Assembly (NCBI GenBank): GCA_032718475.1
Contig: JAUCBJ010002919.1
Location: forward strand, 1 to 64,000
Origin: Nemertoderma westbladi
Lineage: Eukaryota; Animalia; Xenacoelomorpha
Length of the DNA: 64,000 nucleotides
Direction of reading: 5' to 3'
Each line of letters opens with the position of its first letter. Positions within the stretch are counted from its first letter, which is position 1. A program made the translations under genes and the position numbers. The notes under the pieces are model-generated. The model saw nothing but the letters and a program-made list of their open reading frames with translations. It searched no databases and was not told the DNA's origin. Below, in pieces: positions 1 to 10,778 of the stretch.

Positions 1-1902
1 GGGCGGACGAGGGACAACGGGCGACAAATTGTGAATATTTCGCTCGGGGTCCAGGACCTGAACTGTCTCTTGGGCAGTTCTGCGGGGCACAGGTAGCTTA
101 GTGCTATGCAGAGGGAATTTAGAGGTAGTTTCAGGGAGCACATGTGTGTCTATCACCGAAGGGGTGATTTCAAGAACAGGCCTAATTATTTCAGGCTCAT
201 CTACTATCGTAGGGAGTCTTTCTATTTTAATTATTTGGTCTGTGGGCTCTGTACTACCTAAGTTGGTGTTATTTAGTTGCCTTCTAACAGCTGGAGGCAA
301 ATCAGGCAATTTCTGACGGTGGAATGTTCTTTTACGTCTGCTTAGGCGGGATCGATTTCCTCCGCCTTCAGTGTCGGTGGTATCGCCTTCCTCAGATGAT
401 GTATAACCTTGTCGTTTGGGAGTAGATCGATTCATCATCTGCATATTACTAGCTGTTAACTGTTTATTAAAGTTATCTTGCCTCTCTTGAAGATTTTCCA
501 ACTCTAGTTGGGTTGTCTCTTCAGATGCCCTCCGTTCTGCTTCTGCCACTGCCATCTTTCTTTCCGCTTCTGCCGCTGCCGCTTTCCTTTCCGCTTCTAC
601 GGCTGCAGCTGCCGCTTTTGCCTCTGCCGCTGCCGCTTTTATTGCTGCAGCTGCCGCTTTTGCCTCTGCCGCTGCCTCTGCTGCCTTTCTTTCCGCTTCT
701 GCCGCTGCCACTGCCGCTGCTGCTGTCTTTCTATCTTCTATACGTTTTTTCTTTACTTGTTCTTCTTGAACCTTGGCGATGCGGAGTTGTTCATCGAATT
801 TAGCTTGGTTCGCCGCTAACCTATCCACATCAATTGCATCTAACACAAGTTTGGCTCCTTCGCTGTTAGGGCTAAGTCCCTCCAGCCTTCTCCTCAACTC
901 GTCATCTCCTAAAAAACGCTGATAGTCTGACAGATAGATGTCAATGGCATCCTTCTTATGCGGTTTCTCTGCCGTCGCTTCACTTTCCACTTGGGAAAAA
1001 GTAGCGTCTGTTGATTCTCCATGGGTTGAGCGCTCCTCCAACTGAGCTTTCCACTGAGCTGCTCCTTGAACCTGGCGACTCACCCGTTGAAACCAAGTCT
1101 TTACGGCAACTTGCAACGACGTGTCTTGTTTTCTTTTAGAAGCCTCCTCAAAGGCGGATAAGATTAGTCTAATCCGCAGAACTCTTTCTCTAACTTGATA
1201 AAGCAGCTGTCCCTGCTCTTGAGGTCCTTGAGGTTGTTGAAACAGTTGTCTCTCTACTCGCTCCATAGAGCTGAAGAATCCCTGGGCGTATCCGGCTGCG
1301 GACCTCTTCCATACAGCTGGATCGATGGTTTCCTTGGCTACTCCCATCCGGTGTATGTCTTCCCAGGCAGCTTCTGATAAATCAAACGGGAGTCCGGGTC
1401 CGGGGAAGTTCCATTGCGACTCGACAATAGACTTCAGTTCTTCACTCGTGTATCCCGCGTAGCTATCTCTAGTTGACCGTTGACTTCTCGCCCAATCGAT
1501 CTGGTGTTCTTCCACCGCGATCAATAACCCAGCGAGCACGGCTGCAGGAAGGATGAGAAGGGGATCCGTATAAACCGCATCCGTCATCTCTGCTCCGCTC
1601 TCGGGTGTCAGCTCTACAGTATCCTCACTACTGGAGCTGCTGGGCCGCTGAGGAATAAGTTCTTGACTAGCGGGTTGTTGCTGTTCCGCTGCCTTTTGGT
1701 CCCGCTTGACCTGAGCTCGAGTGCCTATGATAGACCTACGATGTTGGACCAGCCTAGGTTCTGTTATTACTACTGGAGGGATGACCTTCCTCACAGTGGG
1801 AGGTGAACTGGATTTACGACCAGACGTTTGTACGTCTCTATCTGAGTCGCAGATAGTTACATCTAATAAACTGTCTGACAGGTTCTGCTTAGTATCAGAC
1901 AT
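1..1902 (-). CDS. gag: Gag N-terminal region of copy A, 634 codons open and running off the window edge
   Basis: Manual translation from ATG at 1902 (MSDTKQNLSDSLL...DAIDIYLSDYQRFLG...AAAEAKAAA...LPDLPPAVRRQL...) has no stop down to base 1. Homologous to B ORFs 10779-11642 and 11410-13956. Presumably absent from the ORF track because it has no stop in the window. Confidence 0.85.
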   Translation of the reverse strand, partial: MSDTKQNLSDSLLDVTICDSDRDVQTSGRKSSSPPTVRKVIPPVVITEPRLVQHRRSIIGTRAQVKRDQKAAEQQQPASQELIPQRPSSSSSEDTVELTPESGAEMTDAVYTDPLLILPAAVLAGLLIAVEEHQIDWARSQRSTRDSYAGYTSEELKSIVESQWNFPGPGLPFDLSEAAWEDIHRMGVAKETIDPAVWKRSAAGYAQGFFSSMERVERQLFQQPQGPQEQGQLLYQVRERVLRIRLILSAFEEASKRKQDTSLQVAVKTWFQRVSRQVQGAAQWKAQLEERSTHGESTDATFSQVESEATAEKPHKKDAIDIYLSDYQRFLGDDELRRRLEGLSPNSEGAKLVLDAIDVDRLAANQAKFDEQLRIAKVQEEQVKKKRIEDRKTAAAAVAAAEAERKAAEAAAEAKAAAAAIKAAAAEAKAAAAAVEAERKAAAAEAERKMAVAEAERRASEETTQLELENLQERQDNFNKQLTASNMQMMNRSTPKRQGYTSSEEGDTTDTEGGGNRSRLSRRKRTFHRQKLPDLPPAVRRQLNNTNLGSTEPTDQIIKIERLPTIVDEPEIIRPVLEITPSVIDTHVLPETTSKFPLHSTKLPVPRRTAQETVQVLDPERNIHNLSPVVPRPP

Positions 1903-2034
1903 GACTATGTATACCGTTGAATGTCTACTGCTGTATTACAGTCTGAGTAAGTCTAGTAACTCAGTATGAACTGCTAGCCTAGTAATTAATTACCGTTACT
2001 GCTACTCAGTGTAGCGTGATATATATATAATATA

Positions 2035-2295
2035 TTAGAATACCGGTATACAGCTTACAGTTTGTAGTATATATAATTCTGGACTAGAATTTATTACAGA
2101 GTACCGGTATAATTTCAGCCTAAATTTATAGAAATAAAGATAATAGGCCTATCGTAAATACCGGTATGCAGTTTACACTTATAGTGTATATATATAAGTA
2201 TAATTACAACTAGAATTAATTACAAGTACCGGTATAATTTCAGCCGAAATTTATAGAAATAAAGATAATAGGCCTATCGTAAATACCGGTATATC
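2035..2295 (-). repeat. Tandemly duplicated ~130 bp AT-rich unit with TACCGGTA motifs in the leader of copy A (counterpart ~10390-10640 in B)
   Basis: taccggtataatttcagcc.aaatttatagaaataaagataataggcctatcgtaaataccggtat occurs twice. Confidence 0.75.
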
Positions 2296-3249
2296 AATTA
2301 TTTTAAATAATTGAATTTCTGAATTTTTAGGGTTACTTGGTTACTTTACTTACTTTATTACCGTTATTTGAGCAGTAATCCAACTGATATTGAGACCTAA
2401 TGGTTGTATGGTAGGCCTACGATTTATAAATCGTTAGATTTGATTTATAATATTATATATACCCGTTTTAGTGGGTTTTGTCAATGTTTGAAATAAATGT
2501 TATTATTTCTGGGGAGTAATCACTACACAAAGCGGTGCGCTTTCAATGAAGTGTTACTTATAAGACACTAAAACAAATAATTCTAATTTACCTAAGTTAC
2601 TTAATACTACAAATTACGTACAATTCGGGTGAGATTACAATCTCTAAATAAACACAAAAATTTACAAAAAACACAAAATACGAATTTTTTAGGGTAATTT
2701 TACAAGAAGTCTACAAACCAGCCTAACAAAGGGTTAGAAAACTGGTTATTACACGGACAGGGTACTACGGTGTTTTGAAATAATAAGTAGTAGTAAATAC
2801 ACTGCGTTGTCTAGATAGGAAAATACCACCGCCTGACGACCTATAGCCGTATCGCTATAGGTTCTACGTTATGTATCACGGAGTGTTCCTACCTAGAAGT
2901 TAATAGAGCTAATCGAATGTGCCTATCAACCACTTTACAACACAAATATAATGCCTACACTAATTATTCTCGGAAAGCACTGTACACTAAACCCTAAATT
3001 AGGTACGAGTACTTGTACAACAGATAATCAGTAATTAAATATACTTGAACAGCTAAAAGAACCACGGCATCTGCTGGAGTGACCGATGCACAAAATCACC
3101 AGTCTTTACCTACGCCAAGCAGCCCGTGTAGTACCGAGGTTAATTTAACTATAGCGGTATGTATAACAAACACAATTACTGTAGGAACAAACTTGGGGAC
3201 TTGAATGTTGCGAATAATCGCATAAACTCTGAATAATAAATATTACGCT

Positions 3250-3830
3250 ACGCGTACAAACTACTCAAACAAAATACAGACCGAACACTGACAGACTACT
3301 ATCAAGCCTAAACAAACTACGGTATATGCAGACTCCGAAATGATTAGGGAGTATGCGCTCTAACCCAGTAGTGCGACTTATTCTTTAGTTGGGGGTTTAC
3401 CTTACCGCATTGGCTGCCCCTACTGCCTAATCGTACTTAATCGGACAGATGATCTACACACGCGGCAATCCGTTCAGACCTAATAACAGCCAGACAACTA
3501 TCCAGCCTACAAATTATTTAAATAAAATTATACGCTACCCGTACAGACTTACACAAACAAAGTACAGACTAAACGATGGCAGACTACTCTCAAGCCTAAA
3601 TAAACCACAGGACATGCAGACTCCGAAATGATTAGGGAGTATGCGCTCTAACCCAGTAGTGCGACTTATTCTTTAGTTGGGGGTTTACCTTACCGCATTG
3701 GCTGCCCCTACTTCCTAACCGTACTTAATCGGACAAGTGCTCTACACACACTGTAATCCGTTCAGACTTAACAGCAATCAGACAACAGCTCAGCCTACAA
3801 ATTGTCTGTACAATCTGATCAGGTTTACAC
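3250..3830 (-). repeat. ~289 bp tandem duplication in the leader of copy A
   Basis: gcagactccgaaatgattagggagtatgcgctctaacccagtagtgcg... at ~3328 and ~3617. Confidence 0.85.
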
Positions 3831-4095
3831 GCCTTCTGTTCAATACTGGCCTACAAATAAATAAAACTGACAGAAATAAGTAAGCTCCAAAAGAAACAAG
3901 GGGTGTACAGTCCCTAATCTCTTAAACAGCCTACCGGTATACAACAATCAAATCGAATAATACTAGTGTACTTATACGGCAGTACCGGTTCTAGCGGTTG
4001 GGCCTACTGACCTACAGGTGTACTGTTCAGGTTTACCGGTTGACCGGTACTTTCAACTTTATTGCTTACTGCAATAAAGAAGCTATATCCTTTAA

Positions 4096-5335
4096 TGTTC
4101 GCGCTTTCAGACCTTTGGCAGTTTAACCCACCAAATTAAGATGTCTTCTAGATATTAAATCAGTTTTTAGTCTATGACAAGTATTTGATTCACTACACTA
4201 GTCGAAACCAATCCGTGCGCGACCATTCACCCGCTGGAGATTCCCGGGAGATTGGGTTCGACGGTTTAATTTTATTGCTATGTAAGCCTAATGTATTATT
4301 CGACTGACAGTATTATATAATCTCTGACAATATTATTCACCTTCGGGAATATTAACAGTTCCTTTAGGACGTGGCGCTTTATCTATATAAACAGAGTTAT
4401 GACTTAAACTACTCACAACGATATGGCTTAATTATAATTCACATATATGGCGCATTCTTTAGGAATTGCTTCTTTAACAGACTCACTCATACACAATGCT
4501 GCACAATACTGCACACTAATCTGCCAATCTTCACTGATTTTAGTCACATATAAAAGGAACACAGACTGAATCATGTAGGGTCTATCAAATAACATTAGAT
4601 TCACTTCAAACCACTTTAACATAAGTCACAATCGTTATTGGTAACCTTTCTCTCTTACCTTCGGTATATCAAGAATATTGGGTTTCGGGGTTATTTATCG
4701 TTATTCCAAATATAATAATTCATCAACCATATTATGAAGAACTGACAGTAAATAGCAGTATAAAACAACAACTGAACACTGATTGTTATGAGTTTGCAAT
4801 GTTTCAGCAGTCAGCATGTATGATCAGTCAGCAGTGATTCCATGAGTCAGGTAGTCGTTAAAGGATATATGCCCTTTATAATTAAACCTACTAGTGTAAG
4901 ACTAAAAACAGTAAAGCACAAAATACTTCCAAGCCGTTCTTTCTTTGGCTCAGGACTGAATGTAAACACTGCACATAGGCATTGCGTCATTTCTCGGAAA
5001 TTTTCTGTACAAGGAGCCACAAAAACGCTCTAATTGGCTGACTGAACTGAGAGACGCCGTAGAACAAAGGAAATCAACACGTATGAATGTCAGCTGTTAA
5101 CCGTAGTCATAGTAACTACTGTTCAAGAGTAGCTATCACCCCTTTGCGTCACGAATTGCCATAGAATCATAAAATATGCCTTTCACAGTACACATACGGA
5201 GGAAATAGGTCTTAGATCCTCTAAAAACACCGATACAGCAATAATACGGTCTCTTACACTTATTAAATCAACTACAGAGTATTTTAATGTAAAAGATAAT
5301 AAAAATAACGGGGCAATTCAGCAAAGGCTTTTACA
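4096..5335 (-). repeat. 5' LTR of copy A (1240 bp, TG...CA)
   Basis: Both ends homologous to the ends of B's LTRs. On the minus strand, a TATA-like TTTATATAG near 4390 and AATAAA near 4275. Confidence 0.85.
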
Positions 5336-5488
5336 GACATGGTTAAATTATTATTATTATTTTGTGGTGGTAAATTATTAGTTGGTATAATGAATTATCG
5401 ATTGAAATAAATATTATATAAATTTATTTATTTATAGTATTATACATTATTATTATTATACACATTTATTTATTTATTATACGTGGAT

Positions 5489-5917
5489 ATGTTGGGAGAA
5501 AATGAGCTTGTGGTGGATGAAGTGGATATGGATGTGGAGGAAGAGGAGGAAGATGAGGATGTAGCGAAGGAGAACGAAGAGATATTGGTGGCGATGTATG
5601 TGAGGGAGAGAGAAGAAGCGCGGCTAGAAAGATTATTAAATCCAAGGAATGAGTGGGAGGAGATAAAAAAGAAACATTATAGGGAGGAAGAGGCGAGGAA
5701 GAACAGCACGTGGGGAGAAGATTGGACGTTAGAAATGGAGGCGGAGGGGGATAGGAGAGCGCGGGAGGCAGAGAGATGTGTGCGGGAGAAAGTGATGGAG
5801 GAGAGAATTATTATGTTGGAAGGAATGATGGAGATGCTGGGTGATGGTGGTGGCAGTAATGATGCTGAGGATGAGGAAGAAGATTGGGCGGATGGTGATA
5901 GCGGGATAAGCGGGTGA
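5489..5917 (+). CDS. Possible small, very acidic (Glu/Asp-rich) protein of unknown origin, 142 aa from the first ATG
   Basis: Open, purine-rich frame set in AT-rich flanks (MLGENELVVDEVDMDVEEEEEDED...). No family recognised. Confidence 0.35.
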   Translation: MLGENELVVDEVDMDVEEEEEDEDVAKENEEILVAMYVREREEARLERLLNPRNEWEEIKKKHYREEEARKNSTWGEDWTLEMEAEGDRRAREAERCVREKVMEERIIMLEGMMEMLGDGGGSNDAEDEEEDWADGDSGISG

Positions 5918-5959
5918 GGTGGTGGGATAAATTTTTAAATAAAGCGGTGACGGATATAA

Positions 5960-6330
5960 GTAAATGATCAAATTAAAATAATAATATTATAAATACAATA
6001 ACCTTACTTCGATGCTATCACTCACTTCATGGCTCGCCCCATAGGTAGAATAATCAAATTAAAATAATATTATAAATACTATAACCTTAACCCATATGCT
6101 AAGGCTTCACTTGCTTCATGGCTCGCCCCATTTTTTCATCAAATCACGAAATAACTGAGTTATTAGCAATCAACAATTTATGGTGGCGACAGACGGCGAT
6201 AAGGTAACTCGCCGGTGACACCTATATGCCTTCACACACTTCACGGCTCGCCCCCTCCCCATATAAGTAGAATAATCAAATTAAAAATAATATTATAAAT
6301 ACCTTATTCTCACCTCGCGGCTCGCCCCCA
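5960..6330 (+). repeat. 3-4 degenerate copies of a ~85-110 bp unit (atcaaattaaaataatattataaatac...cttcayggctcgcccc)
   Basis: The ggctcgcccc-ending motif recurs at ~6030, ~6120, ~6245 and ~6320. Confidence 0.65.
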
Positions 6331-7339
6331 CAACTTATTGCTTGGCAATAACTGTAGAATTGCAATATTGGTAGCCACCGTTAGTCTGTTTATTCACCTT
6401 TTTTATTTGTTGCGTCTGTAAATAGTTTAAAGACTATATAACAAACGTTTGCAACCCACTTACTATATTGGGTTTTACCTATTGCGGTTCAAGGTCAAAC
6501 GCCAACTGGTAGACACGAATTAATTAAATTACTTCCGTCTGTGGACTAGCCTTATACCACATATGTCACATATACACAGTGGTGACATATGTTACATATG
6601 CACAATGGAAACCATAGTAAGTGGGTAGGTTGACACAATGGTAATCATAGTAAGTAGGCGGGGCAAGAGCCGTTCGGCAAATTCTTTAACATGGTAGACT
6701 ATGGCAGACGCTGTTTCATTTAAGTTGTTTACCTTACTACTTGTAGTGTATACGTTATAGACCTGCTATATGTACTACTATATCAAAGCTACTACTATTA
6801 TTTCAAATATGACTCGTTTTGTAACTCTGTCTGCACATTCCAATATTTAAAATTAGTTAAGTGGGGTACACAATTTTGGTCAAAAATAATTCGCAATTAT
6901 TTTTATGATCAATTATAATGCACGATAAAATGGTGTTCCAAATCTGAAAACCTCTATTTAATAGCTCTTTTAGTTTTCAAGTTCTAACAATTTCCATTTA
7001 GGGATTCCTATTGAAATTACTATTACTATGTATAAGGAAAGGTTGATTATCTCCAAATATTTTTTTAGGAAATTGTCAACTTCAAAACCCTACTACTTCT
7101 ACAATTTTTATGCAATTAGATTTTAATTAGCAATTAATTTTTTGCGCAATTTATGTGGGGTTTACAAAGCAACCCTGCATAAAAGTATCAGACAACGTTT
7201 TGAAATATTTAGTTAATAAAATGTAATACTATTTATAACAAACGTAAAAATTAACATAAATTTGCAGCGCCACCTAGAAGTGCAGGTTTATTTTCATTTG
7301 TTGCCCCATCCTTGATCTATCATATAAAAAAATTTCATG

Positions 7340-8535
7340 TGTAAAGGCTTTTGCGTAATTAGCCGGTTATTTTCCCCGTGAAGTACTCTGTAGTTGGTTT
7401 ACCAGGCATAAAAGGGCCGTGTCCTTACTGTACTGGTGTTTTAGAGGACATAAAAGTAATTTCTTCTGTATGTGTACTTTAGCGGACATAATCCGCAATT
7501 CCATGACGCAAAAGCCGAAATACTCTTGGAACAGTGTAGTTACTAAGACGAAAGCTAATAGCTGAGCTGTACACGTGGAGCCTCTGCACGGAGCCTTGGT
7601 TCTTTGTTCTGCTCAGCTCAAATGACGACATCTATCAGCTGTGTCCACGTCAGTTCGACCAATCAGAGATTTTCCCTTTGTGTGAAAGCTGTACAGCAGA
7701 ATCCCATGATTCAGTACTGACGTTTCCCCCACGCCTAAGAACACCGGCCGGGGAATGTTTTCTGACATTAGAGCGTCTTTAATTATAAGATCATCAAACT
7801 GTTATCTCGGTTTTGGTACAGCACCTTGGTCAACTTGGTTAAGTACACTTGCATTATTTACTGCTATTTACTGTGTTGTTAATTGTATCGTTCGTTTACA
7901 TATTATTATTGGGAAGAATATTGATAACGATCCGAAACCCCAATCTTCTTGATACACTAAGGTTAGAGAGACCGGTTACATATAACAATTTGCGACATAC
8001 ATTATCGTGGTTTGTAGTGAGTTCAATGCTACTTAATAGGCCCTACAAATGTCGCTGCTGTTCTCTTTATATATGATTAAAATCAGTGAATATCGGCAAT
8101 TCATGTATGCAGTTGTGTGCAATAGTCTGTGTGTGCTTGACCGAGTAACAAAGCATTTCCTAAAGAATGCACTTTGGTGATCTATAAGACATACCGTTGT
8201 GTATAGTGTAAGTCATTGCTCTGTTTAAATAGATAGAGCGCCACGTCCTAAAGGAACTGCTAATATTTCCCGAAAGTGAATAATATTCGTCAGAGATTAT
8301 ATATTAACGATCAATCGAATAGTACGGTAGGCCTGCACCGCAATCAAATTAAAGCATCCAAATCCAGTCTCCCGGGTATATCCAGCGGGTGAATGGTCGC
8401 GCACAGACTGGCTTTGGCTAATGTTAGAATTATTATAGGTGTTCAATACTTGTCATAGGCTGGAGTAGATTTATAACCTAGAAGACATATAGATTTGGCG
8501 GGTTGAACTGCCAAAGGTCTTCAAAAGCGCGAACA
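7340..8535 (+). repeat. 5' LTR of copy B (1196 bp)
   Basis: Direct repeat of 17938-19134, with about 8 differences counted by eye (~99%). Confidence 0.97.
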
Positions 8536-8879
8536 ATAACAGTTTGTAAAATTCTTGATTGCAGTGTAGGCAATAAATACAGTTTAATATTGTTCTGGTA
8601 AGAACAATAACAGTTTGTAGGATCTTGATTGCGGCGTAAGCGATCAAGACTAAGGTACCGGTCGACCGGTAACCAGTAGGCCTGACTGCCTGATCACCCG
8701 GACCGGTACTTACAACAGTACAGGTATATCAGTACTATTTCGATTGTGATATTACATACCGGTAGGCTGTTTAAGAGATTAGGGACTGTACACCCCTTGT
8801 TTCTTTTGGAGCTTACTTATTTCTGTCAGTTTTATTTATTTGTAGGCCAGTATTGAGCAGAAGGCGTGTAAGCTTGCTC

Positions 8880-9430
8880 AGTTTATACAGACAATTGGTA
8901 GGCTGGACTGTTGTCTGGCTGTTGTTGGGTCTGAACGGATTGCAGTGTGTGTAGAGTCTGTCCGATAAAGTGCCAGTTAGTAAGTAGGGGCATCTTGAGT
9001 TGTAAGGTCAACCCCCTCTTAAAGAATAAGTCGTACTACCGAGTTAGAATGCATACTAACTAACCATTTTGGAATCTGCATATACTGTAGTTTATTTAGG
9101 CTTGATAGTAGTCTGCCAGCGTTTTAGCCTGTGTTTGTTTGTGTGGTCTGTTCAGGTACCGTAATAGTTATTACTCAGATATTTTGTAGGCTGGATTGTT
9201 GTCTAGCTGTTATTAGGTCTGAAGAGATTGCTGCGTGTGTAGAGTCTGTCCGATAAAGTGCCAGTTAGTAAGTTGGGGCATCTTGAGTTGTAAGGTCAAC
9301 CCCCTCCTAAAGAATAAGTCGTACTACCGTGTTAGAACGCATACTAACTAACCATTTTGGAATCTGCACATACTGTAGTTTTTTTAGGCTTGATGGTAGT
9401 CTGCCAGCGTTTGGTTTGTATTTTGTTTGA
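8880..9430 (+). repeat. ~288 bp tandem duplication in the leader of copy B
   Basis: tagagtctgtccgataaagtgccagttagtaagt... at ~8952 and ~9240. Confidence 0.85.
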
Positions 9431-10778
9431 GTATTCTGTACGGGTAGCGTAATATTTATTATTCAGAGTTTATGCGATTATTCGCAACATTCATGTCCCC
9501 AAGTTTATTCCTACAGTAATTGTGCTTGTTACACATACCGTTATAGTTAAATTAACCCCGGTACTACACGGGCTGCTTGGCGTAGGTAAAGACTGGTGAT
9601 TTTGTGCACCGGTCACTCCAGCAGATGCCGTGGTTCTTTTAGCTGTTCAAGTATTTTTAACTACTGATTATTTGTTGTACCAGTACTTGTACCTAATTTA
9701 GGGTTTAGTGTACAGTGCTTTCCGAAGGTAATTAGTGTGTAGGCAGTATATTTGTGTTGTAAAGTGGTTAATAGGCACGTTGGTTCTGGTAGACCGCGGT
9801 AATTAACTTCTAGGTAGGGACACTCCGTGATACATAACGTAGTACCTATAGCGATACGGCTATAGGTCGTCAGACGGTGGTATTTTCCTATCTGGACAAC
9901 ACAGTGTATTTACTACTACTTATTATTTTCAAATACCGTAGTATCCTGTCCATTGTAATAACCAGAAAATCTAACACTCTGTTAGCCTGGTTTGTAGTTC
10001 CCTGTAAAATTACCCTAAAAATTCGTACGTAATATTTTTGTTGTGTTTAGTTAGAGATTTAATCTCACCCGTATCGTAAGTAATTCGTAGATAAGTAACT
10101 TAGGAAGTAGAATTATTTGTTTTAGTGTCCAATAAGTAGCACTTCACTGAGAGCGCACAGCTTCTGTGTAGTGATTATTTCCCAGAAATAGTAACATCTA
10201 TTTCAATATTGTAACAAAACCCCTCATACGGGTACATATAAATCCACTAAATCTATCAATAAAATAGTAGGCCTGTTATACAACCTTTAGGTCTTAAAAT
10301 CAGTTGGACTACTGCTCAAATAACGGTAATAAAGTAAGTAAAGTAACCAAGTAACCCCTAACATTCAGAAATTCAATTATTTAAAATAATTGACATACCG
10401 GTATTTACAATAGGCTTATTATATTTATTCTATAAATTTAGGCTGAAATCATACCGGTATTCTGTAATTAATTCTAGTCTGTAATAATTATACTTATATA
10501 TACTATAAGTGTCAGCTGTATACCGGTATTCACGATAGGCCTATTATATATTTATATATATTTGTGCTAAAATTATATACCGGTACTCTGTGACAAATCT
10601 AGTCTGTAATAATACTTATATATCTACTATAAGCATACAGGTATTCTAATATATTATATATATCACGCTACACTGAGTAGCAGTATCGGTAATTAATTGT
10701 TAGGCTAACAGTGATACTGAATTACTAGACTTGCTTTAACTGTAATATAGCAGTAGGCATTCAACTGTACAATCAAAC

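Larger units (their letters stand above)
1..5335 (-). mobile_element. BEL/Pao-type LTR retrotransposon, copy A (5' LTR, ~2.2 kb leader, start of gag; continues beyond the left edge)
   Basis: Reverse complement is colinear with copy B (7340-~12170) across LTR, leader and gag. On the minus strand the LTR starts TGTAAAAGCC at 5335 and ends GCGCGAACA at 4096, matching B's termini. Confidence 0.9.

Noticed and set aside
508-819. Cys/Arg-rich and Leu/Pro-rich ORFs (also 11285-11685)
   Set aside because: Antisense shadows of the Ala/Glu/Lys-rich coiled-coil part of Gag.
7755-8076. Small hydrophobic ORFs inside the LTR (also 18353-18779)
   Set aside because: AT-rich, differ in length between the two LTRs, mostly non-ATG starts, and no matching ORF evident in copy A's LTR.
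8371-8404. HDV-like ribozyme reading of GGGTGAATGG
   Set aside because: The position equivalent to the catalytic C is T, and no P1/P3/P1.1 nested pseudoknot could be built by eye.
8536-8546. Tf1-style self-priming by pairing ATAACAGTT with AACTGCTA near the presumed transcript start
   Set aside because: Short, mismatched and not reproduced in copy A; kept only as an open possibility.
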